Origin: a virus
Lineage: Duplodnaviria > Caudoviricetes
Length of the DNA stretch: 39,948 bases
Reading direction: 5' to 3' (one strand)
IMG/VR virus record: IMGVR_UViG_3300020045_014696
Span: 1-39,948 of that record
Of this stretch, positions 16,296-25,734 are shown piece after piece; the stretch's first letter is position 1; the number at the start of each line of letters is the position of its first letter. The translations under genes were made by a program, and so were the position numbers. The notes beneath the pieces were generated by a model. It had not been told where the DNA came from. It did not search any database and was given only the letters and a program-made list of their open reading frames with translations.

Positions 16296-18233
16296 ATGCC
16301 AGATCCAAACTTAAGCGGGTACGTTTCGCTAGGAGATGATATTAACAAAAGACCAACGGATGGTTCTGATGAAACGCGTCAGGGCGTTGTGTCGGTGAAG
16401 CAGAGCGAGCTCACGCTCGATATGAAGAATGAGGACATTATTGCCCTTACTGAAAAGTGGAAAAAAGCATGGGACGATTCGCCGAAGAAAGCTGAATGGG
16501 AAAAGAAATATGCTGAGAATGAAAAGTACTGGCTTGGTGAGCAGTTTGATATGCCGAAAGTTGATAAGTCACGGCCGATGGTGGACAATCTCATGTTCGA
16601 ATCGGTTGAAACTTTCTTACCGCAAGCTACGCGCAGGAATCCTGAACCGCTTGTAACTGTTGATGCAAGTGAGGCAGATATAGACGGAAATATTAAGAAA
16701 GAATATACGGCGTATGCGGCGAAGGTTAAGAATCGCCTTGCTGATATTGCAGACAAAAATACACTTCGCTTGAAATTGAAGAAAGCAACACGGCATTGGG
16801 CGATTTATATGCTTGGTGTTGCAAAACTCGCTTGGAATGTTGAAAAGAAAATGCCGATGGTGCAGATAATTCGACCGCAAAAGATTGTACTTGACCCAGA
16901 CGCAACGACTGATGAGGACGGGTACTCGGGCGATCGTGTGGGAGAGATTCGGAAACTGACGGCCGACAAAATTCTTACGATAATAAAAGGTTCAGATACT
17001 TATATAGAAGCGGAGAAAGCTATCAAAGCTCTTGTGAAAGAAGATTTGGGAACTGAGGTCCAGTTTATGGAGTGGTGGACTTCGACTTATATGTGTTGGA
17101 CGTTTGGTAAAACGGTTCTGTGGAAAAAGAAAAATCCGCATTGGAATTATGACCGCACGGAAACACCGCAAGCAACTGAATTGGCCTCGGAGGGAGTTCA
17201 GGTTGATGATTATGGGAATACAACAGTGCAACCGATAGAGGTTGAGGGGATTAATCATTTCGAAACTCCGCGTCTTCCTTATGAGTTTCTTTCGATTTTC
17301 AATCTTGGTGATCAACCTGTCGATAAAACTTCGCTTATGACGCAGAATTTGTCTAACCAGGACAAAATCAACAAGCGTAACAAGCAGATCGATAAGAATA
17401 CTGACGGTATGAATGGCGGTATCGTTGTATCGCTTGAACGAACTGGTCTTTCTCAAACGCAAGCGTCGGGAGTTGCAAAAGCCTTAGAGAAGGGTGGAAT
17501 TGTCGCGGTGCCTACGGGACCCGCGGGAGAGGGTGTGGCGCGCGTATCGGCCCCTGGATTGCCCCCAGATGTCTATAATGACCTTGTGGACACTAGAGCG
17601 CGTATGCGCGATATCTTCGGGGTAAAAGGTTCTTCACAAGCAGGGCTTCAGACCGAGGACACGGTGCGCGGAAAGATATTGAGTAAAGGATTGGACACGG
17701 ATCGAATTGGTGGGGGTATCACAGAATTTATCGAACAGTTTGGAGATAGGATTTACAATTGGTATACCCAGCTTTTGTATGTTTACAGCGATGCGTTCCA
17801 ATTCATTGAAGGAGCAAGACCGCCGTTGATAATTGTCTCGGTGAAAGAGGGTTCGCTTCTGCCAAAAGATAGTTCCTCGCTTGCGACCCAAGCGCTCGAG
17901 CTTGCGAAAATGAATAAAATTTCGAACCTCGATTTGTACAAACAACTTGAATATCCTAACCCTGAAGAGATGGCGGCCAATGCATGGCTTGAAGTAAATG
18001 CCCCGCAGATTTTGTATAAGGACAATCCGATGGTCCAGGAAGTATTGGCGATGCAGTCGGCAGCGGCGGCAGTAGAAACTGAGAAAGACCAACAGAAAGG
18101 CGAGCAAGAGCATCAGAGGGGCATTGAGAAAGAGATAGTGAAAGGTGCGGTGAAAGAAGAGCAGGGAGTAGGGAAACCAGGCGGGTCGATACTCTCTCGC
18201 ATACCGACATCACCATTAGAGGCAATAACGTAA
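16296..18233 (+). CDS. Portal protein
   Basis: 645 aa directly after TerL; P22-like size, RDIFGV...G motif, charged C-terminal tail. Confidence 0.85.
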   Translation: MPDPNLSGYVSLGDDINKRPTDGSDETRQGVVSVKQSELTLDMKNEDIIALTEKWKKAWDDSPKKAEWEKKYAENEKYWLGEQFDMPKVDKSRPMVDNLMFESVETFLPQATRRNPEPLVTVDASEADIDGNIKKEYTAYAAKVKNRLADIADKNTLRLKLKKATRHWAIYMLGVAKLAWNVEKKMPMVQIIRPQKIVLDPDATTDEDGYSGDRVGEIRKLTADKILTIIKGSDTYIEAEKAIKALVKEDLGTEVQFMEWWTSTYMCWTFGKTVLWKKKNPHWNYDRTETPQATELASEGVQVDDYGNTTVQPIEVEGINHFETPRLPYEFLSIFNLGDQPVDKTSLMTQNLSNQDKINKRNKQIDKNTDGMNGGIVVSLERTGLSQTQASGVAKALEKGGIVAVPTGPAGEGVARVSAPGLPPDVYNDLVDTRARMRDIFGVKGSSQAGLQTEDTVRGKILSKGLDTDRIGGGITEFIEQFGDRIYNWYTQLLYVYSDAFQFIEGARPPLIIVSVKEGSLLPKDSSSLATQALELAKMNKISNLDLYKQLEYPNPEEMAANAWLEVNAPQILYKDNPMVQEVLAMQSAAAAVETEKDQQKGEQEHQRGIEKEIVKGAVKEEQGVGKPGGSILSRIPTSPLEAIT

Positions 18234-18237
18234 TGCA

Positions 18238-18390
18238 ATGCCTTTCGTATCAAAAGCACAGCGCGGGTATATGTGGATGCACCATCCAGAAATTGCGAAA
18301 GAGTTCGAGGAGAAAACTTTGAACTCAAAGAAACTTCCAAAGCATGTAGAGAGAAAAGAGTCGAAACAGGAACGATCGAGTAAAGAGTAA
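18238..18390 (+). CDS. Small conserved phage protein (50 aa, not in ORF track)
   Basis: MPFVSKAQRGYMWMHHPEIAKEFEEKT...KKLPKHV, a recurrent MPF.SKAQ head-module peptide pattern. Confidence 0.7.
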   Translation: MPFVSKAQRGYMWMHHPEIAKEFEEKTLNSKKLPKHVERKESKQERSSKE

Positions 18391-18443
18391 GTTTGAGCGC
18401 AAATTATCATCGGAAATCGCTCCCCCGATAACAAATAAATACG

Positions 18444-19280
18444 ATGCCAGAACCAGTATCGGCGCAGTTTAGGACAGAAGGCGAACCCGCCTTCCCGATC
18501 CAAGACAAGGAGAACGAAAACTCCGCTTCCTCGCCAGAAGGTGAAAAAACGAACGCTAACCCGACCCAATCGCAAGAGGGGGACCAAAACTCAGGCGAAA
18601 CATCAAAAGAGGGTAGTGGACAGAAGACAGGAGAAGAAACGAATTTCGCCGATCATCCACGTTGGAAAGAACGTGAGACTGATTGGACAAAGCGCTTTAA
18701 TGACCAGGAAGTACGTCATACCAGTGAGTTGGCTAATTTGCGGGCTGAGATCCAAAAACTTACTACCGCATCAGCGGCCAAACCGACTGATACTGCCGCA
18801 ATCAGTGTGGACCAAATACCAGACTGGTTCGGAGGTGATGAAAAGGCCTGGGCAAACTTCGTCAAATGGAATAACGACAATATCACGAAAGCAAAGCAAG
18901 AGGCACGAAGTGAAGCGTTGAACGAAATCGAAACAAAAAGCAAAGAGGAACAGGGGCTCATCAAAGCTGCAACAGATTTCTTTCAACAAGAGGTAACAGC
19001 TATTGAATCGGATAAAACTTTGAACCCGAAAGGGCTTAAGGTAGACCGAAACAAGCTACTAAAAATCGTCTTAGACGAAAAGCTCACAGATACCGAGGGT
19101 CGGTGGAACTACCGAGCAGGATGGAAAATCTTGCAGGCAACAGCTTCCGCTTCGAAACCCGTGAATGATGAGCGAAATAAAGTAGCCGATGCGACCAGTT
19201 CCGAAAGCAGACCAGAAACGAAACCATCTTCGGTTACGACAAGTGAGGATTTCATAAATCCATCGAACCGACCTTGGTAA
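18444..19280 (+). CDS. Capsid scaffolding protein
   Basis: Acidic disordered N-terminus, coiled coil; between portal and capsid genes. Confidence 0.7.
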   Translation: MPEPVSAQFRTEGEPAFPIQDKENENSASSPEGEKTNANPTQSQEGDQNSGETSKEGSGQKTGEETNFADHPRWKERETDWTKRFNDQEVRHTSELANLRAEIQKLTTASAAKPTDTAAISVDQIPDWFGGDEKAWANFVKWNNDNITKAKQEARSEALNEIETKSKEEQGLIKAATDFFQQEVTAIESDKTLNPKGLKVDRNKLLKIVLDEKLTDTEGRWNYRAGWKILQATASASKPVNDERNKVADATSSESRPETKPSSVTTSEDFINPSNRPW

Positions 19281-19304
19281 TTACAATTTAACCTTTTAAC
19301 CACC

Positions 19305-20324
19305 ATGGCCGAATTATACGGACAAAGAGTACAGACCACAGTGCAGACCAAGTATCTGCCTTTTGTGGTCGATACAGTACTCAACTCCAACGTTTTGTTC
19401 CAGCGCACAGTTCGCGCGGGCAAGAAGTGGGGAGGTCGCACGCTTCGCGTGCCGATCAAAGTGTCGAAGAATACGACTGGTCAGTCATTCCGCGGTTTTG
19501 ATACCTTCTCGACAGCAGCAACGGATAACCGCCAGTTCCTAGAATTTACTCCGAGCTTCTATCAGATTACGTGCGCTCTTCCAGGTGATGAGCTTTCGGT
19601 TGCTGATACGGAGGATAAAGTCTTGGACTTGATGAAACTTACCATTCAGTCTGATACCGAAGATATGGCCGATGACCTCGGTACTATTTGGTACTCGGAT
19701 GGTACGGGTAACTCGTCAAAAGATCCATTGGGTCTTGGTGCTCTCGTTGATGATGGAAACAGCGTCGCCTCGATCGGTGGACTTTCACGTTCGACTTACA
19801 CAACGCTCGCATCAACGGTAACCGCTTCATCGGGAACACTTACTCTCGCCAAAATTGACACCCTATGGAACAACGTTACGTCAGGCGCGCAGAAGCCAAC
19901 GGCTTTCTACACGACCGAAACGGTGTTCAGTCTTTATGGTCAATTGCTTCGCCCGCAAGAGCGAATCACTAAGGACGCTTCACTCATGAAAGGTCTTGAG
20001 GGAGGCACAGGCTTTACTGCGTTGTCATACAACGGTAAGCCAGTCCTTATGGATGAGAAATGCACCTCGGGTGCTCTTATTGCCCTGAATGAGAACTATG
20101 TTGATTGGTATGCACTTCCGTTCTTTAACGCGAAGCCGATCGGATATAAGTCGCAAATCAAGGGTAATGATTATGAAGCTCCGCTAGGTTTGGGCTTCTC
20201 ATGGTCAGATTGGATTGTCCCCGCAAATGCAGGCTCTGTTGTAGGGCACATTTACTTCGGTGGTCAGTTCATTACGACCAATCCGAAGCGACATGGAAAG
20301 CTCACTGGCATCACAGGTATTTAA
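19305..20324 (+). CDS. Major capsid protein (HK97 fold)
   Basis: 339 aa after the scaffold; LGLGALVD, IGGLSRSTY, GFTALSYNGKPVLMD, NPKRHGKLTGI. Confidence 0.88.
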   Translation: MAELYGQRVQTTVQTKYLPFVVDTVLNSNVLFQRTVRAGKKWGGRTLRVPIKVSKNTTGQSFRGFDTFSTAATDNRQFLEFTPSFYQITCALPGDELSVADTEDKVLDLMKLTIQSDTEDMADDLGTIWYSDGTGNSSKDPLGLGALVDDGNSVASIGGLSRSTYTTLASTVTASSGTLTLAKIDTLWNNVTSGAQKPTAFYTTETVFSLYGQLLRPQERITKDASLMKGLEGGTGFTALSYNGKPVLMDEKCTSGALIALNENYVDWYALPFFNAKPIGYKSQIKGNDYEAPLGLGFSWSDWIVPANAGSVVGHIYFGGQFITTNPKRHGKLTGITGI

Positions 20325-20350
20325 TAGCCATTAATTAAAACACAACCACC

Positions 20351-20980
20351 ATGAGTGAAAATTCAACGTCAAAAATTGTAGTGGTCGGTGTGGTGGCATT
20401 AATTATTGGTGCTGTCATCACATGGGCTTTCCTACGCGTCCCTGATTTAACAGGGAAGCAAGCGCCTACTGCTGGTGCGCCAGGTAATCTTCTTGCAGAG
20501 GATTACGATCCGTATATCCAGTACAACGGAGGATTCAATACCGCCAAGGGAATCACAAACTCGGGTACGCTTACTCAAAGTGGAGCATCCACTTTTAGCG
20601 GCACGGTGAGTATTTCGGGAGCTTTGACCCAAGGAACCGCGTCAAATTCTTCGACGCTTCATTCGTCGGGAACTTGTAATTTGTATTCGGGTAGGGGTAT
20701 TACTACAATCCTAGCTTCCACGACAAGGTTTCTTGATTGTCAGGCGGGAGAATCAACTGCGACTGCGTTATCGGACATTCCTGCATGGGCATTAGGAGAT
20801 GTGGTCTTGGTTGGAATGCCAACAACGACCCCGACAACTCTATTGGGTCTTCGGGTCACATCGGCACAATCATCGACAACGGCAGGATATATTCAGATAG
20901 GGTTGATGAATCAGACGGGAGCCGATTATACTTTGGCCCCAGCAGCTACAGGAACGTGGTTCTATTTTTTCGAACGATAG
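20351..20980 (+). CDS. Structural-module protein with N-terminal TM helix
   Basis: IVVVGVVALIIGAVITWAFL then Gly/Thr/Ser-rich beta-like sequence. Confidence 0.7.
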   Translation: MSENSTSKIVVVGVVALIIGAVITWAFLRVPDLTGKQAPTAGAPGNLLAEDYDPYIQYNGGFNTAKGITNSGTLTQSGASTFSGTVSISGALTQGTASNSSTLHSSGTCNLYSGRGITTILASTTRFLDCQAGESTATALSDIPAWALGDVVLVGMPTTTPTTLLGLRVTSAQSSTTAGYIQIGLMNQTGADYTLAPAATGTWFYFFER

Positions 20981-21012
20981 AATCAATTTATTAGTGTAAA
21001 GATTACATCACA

Positions 21013-21741
21013 ATGAGTTCACAACTTACAGGTGCGGTTGTAGTTGCAGCGCAGGGTATTCACTCTGAAAGCTCGACACAGTTGCACGGCATCGGAGAGA
21101 TGGTCCACTCGAATGATGGTCGCAAGTTCCGCTACTGCAAAGTAGGCGGTACGTCCCTCGCAGCTGGTAAGCTCTACCAGTCACGCGCAGAGGACACGAC
21201 CAACTTTCAGAACCTGACCTGCGCGGTCAGTTCCGCGGCAGCGACTTCCATCACGACTACTACTACGGTTACTCTTACCGCGAATCAGCTTGCGGGCGGT
21301 TTCTTGACCGTTACGGCGGCAACTACAGGCGCTGGATTTACTTACAAGATTAAGAGTCATGCGGCCGCCTCTGGCGCTGTGGTGACTTTCAACTTGGAGG
21401 ATCCAGTCGTCGTTGCGACTACAGGTACGGTCACGGTTGATGCGCATCCGAACCCGTACGACGCGGTTATCATCGCGCCGACTACGGCAACTTCGGGTAA
21501 CGCAGGTTTCGCAGTTTACAACGTTACAAATGCTTACTTTGGTTGGCTCTGTACGCATGGACCGACATCGGCTCTTGCTCAGGGAACGATTGTCGTCGGT
21601 GATAACGTTTGTCCTGCAGAATCAACCAACGCAGGGGCGATTGGTCCAAAGGCAGATGCAACCCTTTCTCAAGTCGTTGGAACTGCTCTCACAGGCATTG
21701 CTTCGACGGAGTACGGCGTCATCTTTGCTTCGATCGACTAA
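21013..21741 (+). CDS. Probable capsid decoration/cement protein
   Basis: Ala/Thr/Gly-rich, DGRKFRYCK and YFGWL..HGP motifs; follows the capsid gene. Confidence 0.6.
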   Translation: MSSQLTGAVVVAAQGIHSESSTQLHGIGEMVHSNDGRKFRYCKVGGTSLAAGKLYQSRAEDTTNFQNLTCAVSSAAATSITTTTTVTLTANQLAGGFLTVTAATTGAGFTYKIKSHAAASGAVVTFNLEDPVVVATTGTVTVDAHPNPYDAVIIAPTTATSGNAGFAVYNVTNAYFGWLCTHGPTSALAQGTIVVGDNVCPAESTNAGAIGPKADATLSQVVGTALTGIASTEYGVIFASID

Positions 21742-21748
21742 CCTCAGA

Positions 21749-21797
21749 GTCTTCGCTTCACTCTGTCCCCTTCGGGGGGCAGGGATGAGGTGAAGAC
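21749..21797 (+). other. Long RNA hairpin with cUUCGg tetraloop (mRNA stabiliser or processing site)
   Basis: ~22-bp stem with four G-U pairs on the + strand; followed by an A run, not a U run. Confidence 0.7.
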
Positions 21798-21890
21798 AAA
21801 AAAAAGACCAGCGCATAAAAAAATAACGCGGAATCGCTGCAGCCGCTTGAGCATTAAAAGTAGGTGAATGCTCCCCTACAAAATCACATC

Positions 21891-22349
21891 ATGAAAACAG
21901 CACTATTTGTCAATTTTACGGAGGAGGAATTTATCGGGTATTGGGATGGTAAAGGAAAGAAGTTTGTCCCTGGAGCTTCGCTTTATATGCCTGATTACCT
22001 TGCTCGACACTTTGCAAAGCATCTTGTAAATCGTGAGTTGCTTCGTAAGGACCGCGCGGGGAATCTCATATATAAAGACGGAGAAAAGTTCACCTCACCA
22101 AAAAAACCCGAAGAAGTTCCGATATTCATGGAATTGTTCGGTAAGGCGTATATCCCAGATACAGACGACGAGCTTGCGCAGCCGAAAGATGATATTGATG
22201 CGCTTATCAATTCAGCGAATAAAAATCGTACGAAAGAAAGTGGAGAGGGTAAGCCCTCAAAAGGCGGTATTCAAGACCCATCTCAACCGCAAATAGTGGT
22301 GTCGCCAGACTTCGACGAAGAGGGCGAGGAAGCTGGAAAGGAAGAATAA
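21891..22349 (+). CDS. Hypothetical protein (start likely ATG 21891)
   Basis: MKTALFVNFTEEEFIGYWDG...YLARHFAKHL. Confidence 0.75.
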   Translation: MKTALFVNFTEEEFIGYWDGKGKKFVPGASLYMPDYLARHFAKHLVNRELLRKDRAGNLIYKDGEKFTSPKKPEEVPIFMELFGKAYIPDTDDELAQPKDDIDALINSANKNRTKESGEGKPSKGGIQDPSQPQIVVSPDFDEEGEEAGKEE

Positions 22350-22361
22350 TTATTTAACATT

Positions 22362-22811
22362 ATGGCTCAAATTTTATCAGCGTTTTCGCGCGATGCGAAT
22401 GGGGTCCCGATCACAACGATGGGGATCCTTGCAACACCGAAATCGATCACCTTTGTCGCGGGGACAACGGGTGCTGTCGGTGCGACAACGTTGTTCACGG
22501 TGACAGGGACAATTGCTGTCAATATTATTGGGTTATGCACTACTGACCTTGCGGGTGCGGGAACAATTGAAATTGGTACGGCTACATCGACGGCTTGTTT
22601 GTGTGATCAGCAGTCGGCAACAGCGATCGACAACCATGAGGTTTGGCATGATAACATTCTTGCTATCGGAGGTGCGGCCGCGAATCATTGGCATGTGATT
22701 AATGAAAGTGTCATTCAAACAATTGCAACAAATACGGTCAGTGGAGGTATTCTTACTTATTATTGCAATTGGGCACCTTTGTCGTCTGATGGAAATGTGG
22801 TAGTGGCTTAA
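22362..22811 (+). CDS. Putative virion structural protein
   Basis: Gly/Thr/Ala-rich beta protein; N-terminal RDAN.V motif shared with downstream genes. Confidence 0.7.
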   Translation: MAQILSAFSRDANGVPITTMGILATPKSITFVAGTTGAVGATTLFTVTGTIAVNIIGLCTTDLAGAGTIEIGTATSTACLCDQQSATAIDNHEVWHDNILAIGGAAANHWHVINESVIQTIATNTVSGGILTYYCNWAPLSSDGNVVVA

Positions 22812-22816
22812 ATCTT

Positions 22817-23527
22817 ATGCAACTTCTCGAACCCCAAGAAGTAAAACAGGAGTATGACCAGAAAACGGAAGAACAGGCCGAGCGTGTTCGAAAATTACGT
22901 GATGCGGAGAATTTATTGGTTCAGAATCTGAATGCAACGCGTGAAAAGGTGGGGTCTGAAATTGCTCGGCTTACGAAAGAATTGGAAGATTTCGAGACAA
23001 AGGGCAAAAATCATATTCATGATTTGTTACTCGAGGTGAGTTCTCTTGAAAACCGTAAAAAGGAGGCACTTAAGCCGATAGAAGCAGAGCAAAAACAGCT
23101 TGATGAGCGCAAAATTGACATCGATCGTGGAGAAAAGGCGCTTGTGGAGGCAAAAGTTGGCTTGGATGCTCGAGAATTCGACCTCAATGACCGAAGAGAT
23201 GACCTGGATGAGAGTGAAACGCTTGTTCAGGAGCGCGAGGACCTTGTTTCTTTGAAAGAATCGAACTTGGTGAAGGCCGAGGATCGCCACAAGGCTTCTG
23301 AAGAGGCTTTGTCGAAGAGGTGGGCCGAGTTTCATGTCGAAGTTGCCCGCGCGAACACGGATTTGTTAAGGAGAGAGAAAGAAGTCATTGATGGGAGGAT
23401 CGCGAATGAGGCAATTCGCGCGGAATTGACTGAAGAACGAAAGAGAATGAGTGATGAGCGAGTTTCGATTCGTGATACTTATCGGGCAATCGAACAAGCG
23501 AAGCAACACTTAGGCGTAAAAATATAA
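22817..23527 (+). CDS. Long coiled-coil protein
   Basis: 236 aa, Glu/Lys/Arg/Leu heptad pattern, almost no Pro. Confidence 0.75.
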   Translation: MQLLEPQEVKQEYDQKTEEQAERVRKLRDAENLLVQNLNATREKVGSEIARLTKELEDFETKGKNHIHDLLLEVSSLENRKKEALKPIEAEQKQLDERKIDIDRGEKALVEAKVGLDAREFDLNDRRDDLDESETLVQEREDLVSLKESNLVKAEDRHKASEEALSKRWAEFHVEVARANTDLLRREKEVIDGRIANEAIRAELTEERKRMSDERVSIRDTYRAIEQAKQHLGVKI

Positions 23528-23529
23528 CC

Positions 23530-23802
23530 ATGGCCCAAGCAAAACACGATAATAATGGAGTTACCACAATGTCAGGTGTCTTGAATACAGACGGGGTTAC
23601 TCCGACGCTCGTTAAGGCGGACCCATCGACTCATATCTTAAGCGTTTTGGATGGTACTACGGGAAGTGATGCGGGGGCCGATAGTGCGTATCGTGATGAC
23701 AATATGGTTCCCGTAATGATTGCGGTTTCCGAAACAGATGGGCTCACGCCGACCAATCTTTATGTAAATTCGAGTGGTCAGCTTTTAATAGATTCAAACT
23801 AA
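23530..23802 (+). CDS. Putative fibre adaptor made of two tandem ~40-aa repeats
   Basis: Two copies of A..D.N.V......DG.TP... Confidence 0.65.
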   Translation: MAQAKHDNNGVTTMSGVLNTDGVTPTLVKADPSTHILSVLDGTTGSDAGADSAYRDDNMVPVMIAVSETDGLTPTNLYVNSSGQLLIDSN

Positions 23803-23806
23803 AACG

Positions 23807-25375
23807 ATGGCAGAAGCAAAACGAGATGGTAATTATGTGACAACACTTCTGGCGGTTTCGAATGCCGACGGCACGACGCCTGTTGTGCTTTACGCGGATC
23901 CGACAACCCACAGGTTGCTCGTTTCTGCCACGGCGGGGGCTCTTGATGATCTCACAGATGTCGTGATTACGAGCGCGGCGCAAGGAGATGTTTTATATCA
24001 CAATGGGACAAATTGGGTGAATCTGGCGGCGGGGACAAGCGGTTATTTTCTTAAAACGCAAGGGGCGGGAGCAAACCCCGTCTGGGATGCTACGTCGTCA
24101 GCAACTATAACGGTTGCAAATGAAGCCACCGATGCATCATGCTTTTTGGTATTTGTAACAGCGGCAACAGGGACTCTTGGACCGAAGACGAATGTCGGTG
24201 CGACCTTTGACTCGAGTACGGGAGTTATTACGGCAACAGGTTTTTCGGGTCCTTTGACGGGCAATGTTACTGGAAATGCAAGCGGTACGGCGGCGACGGT
24301 AACGGGGGCGTCACAAGCTTCGATAACAACGCTCGCAAACCTTGTGAGCGTACAGGGGAGGACGGTTACCCTGGCAGACGCGGGAGCGAATGCAATATTC
24401 GGATGGGATGACACCGCAGGAGCGTATGAAAATCTGACGCAAGCGGAGGTTTTGGCGGTTATCGGCGATTCATCGGAAACTGCAAAGGGTGTTATCGAAC
24501 TCGCGACTGATGCCGAAACTGTAACGGGAACAGATACGGTTAGGGCGACTACTCCTGCAAACATTACTGCAAAAATGGCGGCTCCTGGTACGATCGGGGG
24601 CACGACACCTGGAAATATTACAGGTCTTGTGATTACGGCGAATACCAGTATTTTGCCAGATGCTGACGATGGCGCCCCGCTTGGTGATGGAACCCATGGA
24701 TTCTCGGACCTATTTCTTGCCTCTGGTGGCCTTATCAAATTTGCGAGTACGGATGCCGTGATAACCCATTCGGCAGGTGTCTTGACCGTTTCGACGGGTG
24801 ATTTGCGAGTTACGACGGCGGGGACGAACTCGGCATCGGTCGTTACGGTTGGAGGTACGCAGACGCTTACGAGCAAAACCCTTACCTCGCCAACCTTGAC
24901 CACCCCGAGCGCTTTTACAACGGGAGGCACAATCACCCTTGCAGAGAATAGTTCGATTGCACTTGACCCTGCAGGTTCGGCAGATGGAAAGTATACGGGT
25001 ATCACTATTGCGGGAACTGCGGGCGCTACGCTTGCTTTTGGCGATTTGGTGTACCTAGCGGCGGCAGATTCACGGTGGGAACTAGCAGACGCAGACGCGG
25101 CTTCAACTTCGGGTGATGTGATGCTCGGTATGTGTGTCCTCGCAGCCGCGGCCGATGCGGATCCGACAGTCATTCTTCTTTATGGAAATATTCGGGCCGA
25201 TGCGGTATTCCCAGCCCTTACGATTAGTGCTCCCGCTTATGTGGGCACTACTGCGGGAGATATTCAGACGGCGCAACCATCGGGAACAGATGATGTAATC
25301 AGACGTGTAGGCTTTGCACTCACGGCCGATGAGCTTCTGTTCAATCCTTCAAATGATTACATTACTCATACATAA
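23807..25375 (+). CDS. Tail fibre-like protein
   Basis: LDDLTDV, GDVLY.NGTNWVN, KGVIELAT.AE, TQTLTSKTLTSP fibre motifs. Confidence 0.8.
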   Translation: MAEAKRDGNYVTTLLAVSNADGTTPVVLYADPTTHRLLVSATAGALDDLTDVVITSAAQGDVLYHNGTNWVNLAAGTSGYFLKTQGAGANPVWDATSSATITVANEATDASCFLVFVTAATGTLGPKTNVGATFDSSTGVITATGFSGPLTGNVTGNASGTAATVTGASQASITTLANLVSVQGRTVTLADAGANAIFGWDDTAGAYENLTQAEVLAVIGDSSETAKGVIELATDAETVTGTDTVRATTPANITAKMAAPGTIGGTTPGNITGLVITANTSILPDADDGAPLGDGTHGFSDLFLASGGLIKFASTDAVITHSAGVLTVSTGDLRVTTAGTNSASVVTVGGTQTLTSKTLTSPTLTTPSAFTTGGTITLAENSSIALDPAGSADGKYTGITIAGTAGATLAFGDLVYLAAADSRWELADADAASTSGDVMLGMCVLAAAADADPTVILLYGNIRADAVFPALTISAPAYVGTTAGDIQTAQPSGTDDVIRRVGFALTADELLFNPSNDYITHT

Positions 25376-25377
25376 AG

Positions 25378-25731
25378 ATGCCAGAAGATAGAAAATTACA
25401 AAAAGTGAACTTGCTTGGGAGCCGATACTTTTTCAGATTCCTTGATGATAAAGGTAACATGATGAAAGTGGAGGTCCCCGAGGCCGAGTTCAGAAAGTTG
25501 CTTGTAAAAGACTGCCCGAGGCCAGCGTTACCTGAGGGCGCGGTAATTTTCGATAGTGCGGGTGATGAAATATGGGTGGACACTCCGTCGGGTAATTTGG
25601 AAAAAAATCAGTATGTTGTCATGGGCGACTATTGTGTAGTTTCTTTGGAAGAGAATGAAAAAGACTATCCCGTTCTGGTCGAAAAAATAGAGAGTGATTC
25701 ATTAAAAGCTGACTCAATTTTAACCAAGTAA
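25378..25731 (+). CDS. Hypothetical protein in the tail module
   Basis: 117-aa ORF tightly packed between fibre genes. Confidence 0.7.
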   Translation: MPEDRKLQKVNLLGSRYFFRFLDDKGNMMKVEVPEAEFRKLLVKDCPRPALPEGAVIFDSAGDEIWVDTPSGNLEKNQYVVMGDYCVVSLEENEKDYPVLVEKIESDSLKADSILTK

Positions 25732-25734
25732 ATC

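Noticed and set aside
21749-21805. Rho-independent terminator after the capsid genes
   Set aside because: Hairpin is followed by an A run on +, and on - the T run precedes the stem; kept only as a structured element.
23795-23810. Programmed frameshift or readthrough fusing the repeat protein to the fibre
   Set aside because: No clear slippery heptamer or stimulatory structure; the downstream gene has its own ATG 4 nt after the stop.
24043-25173. 376-aa minus-strand ORF and the other minus-strand ORFs in the track
   Set aside because: Antisense shadows of + strand genes with no recognisable motifs or expression signals.
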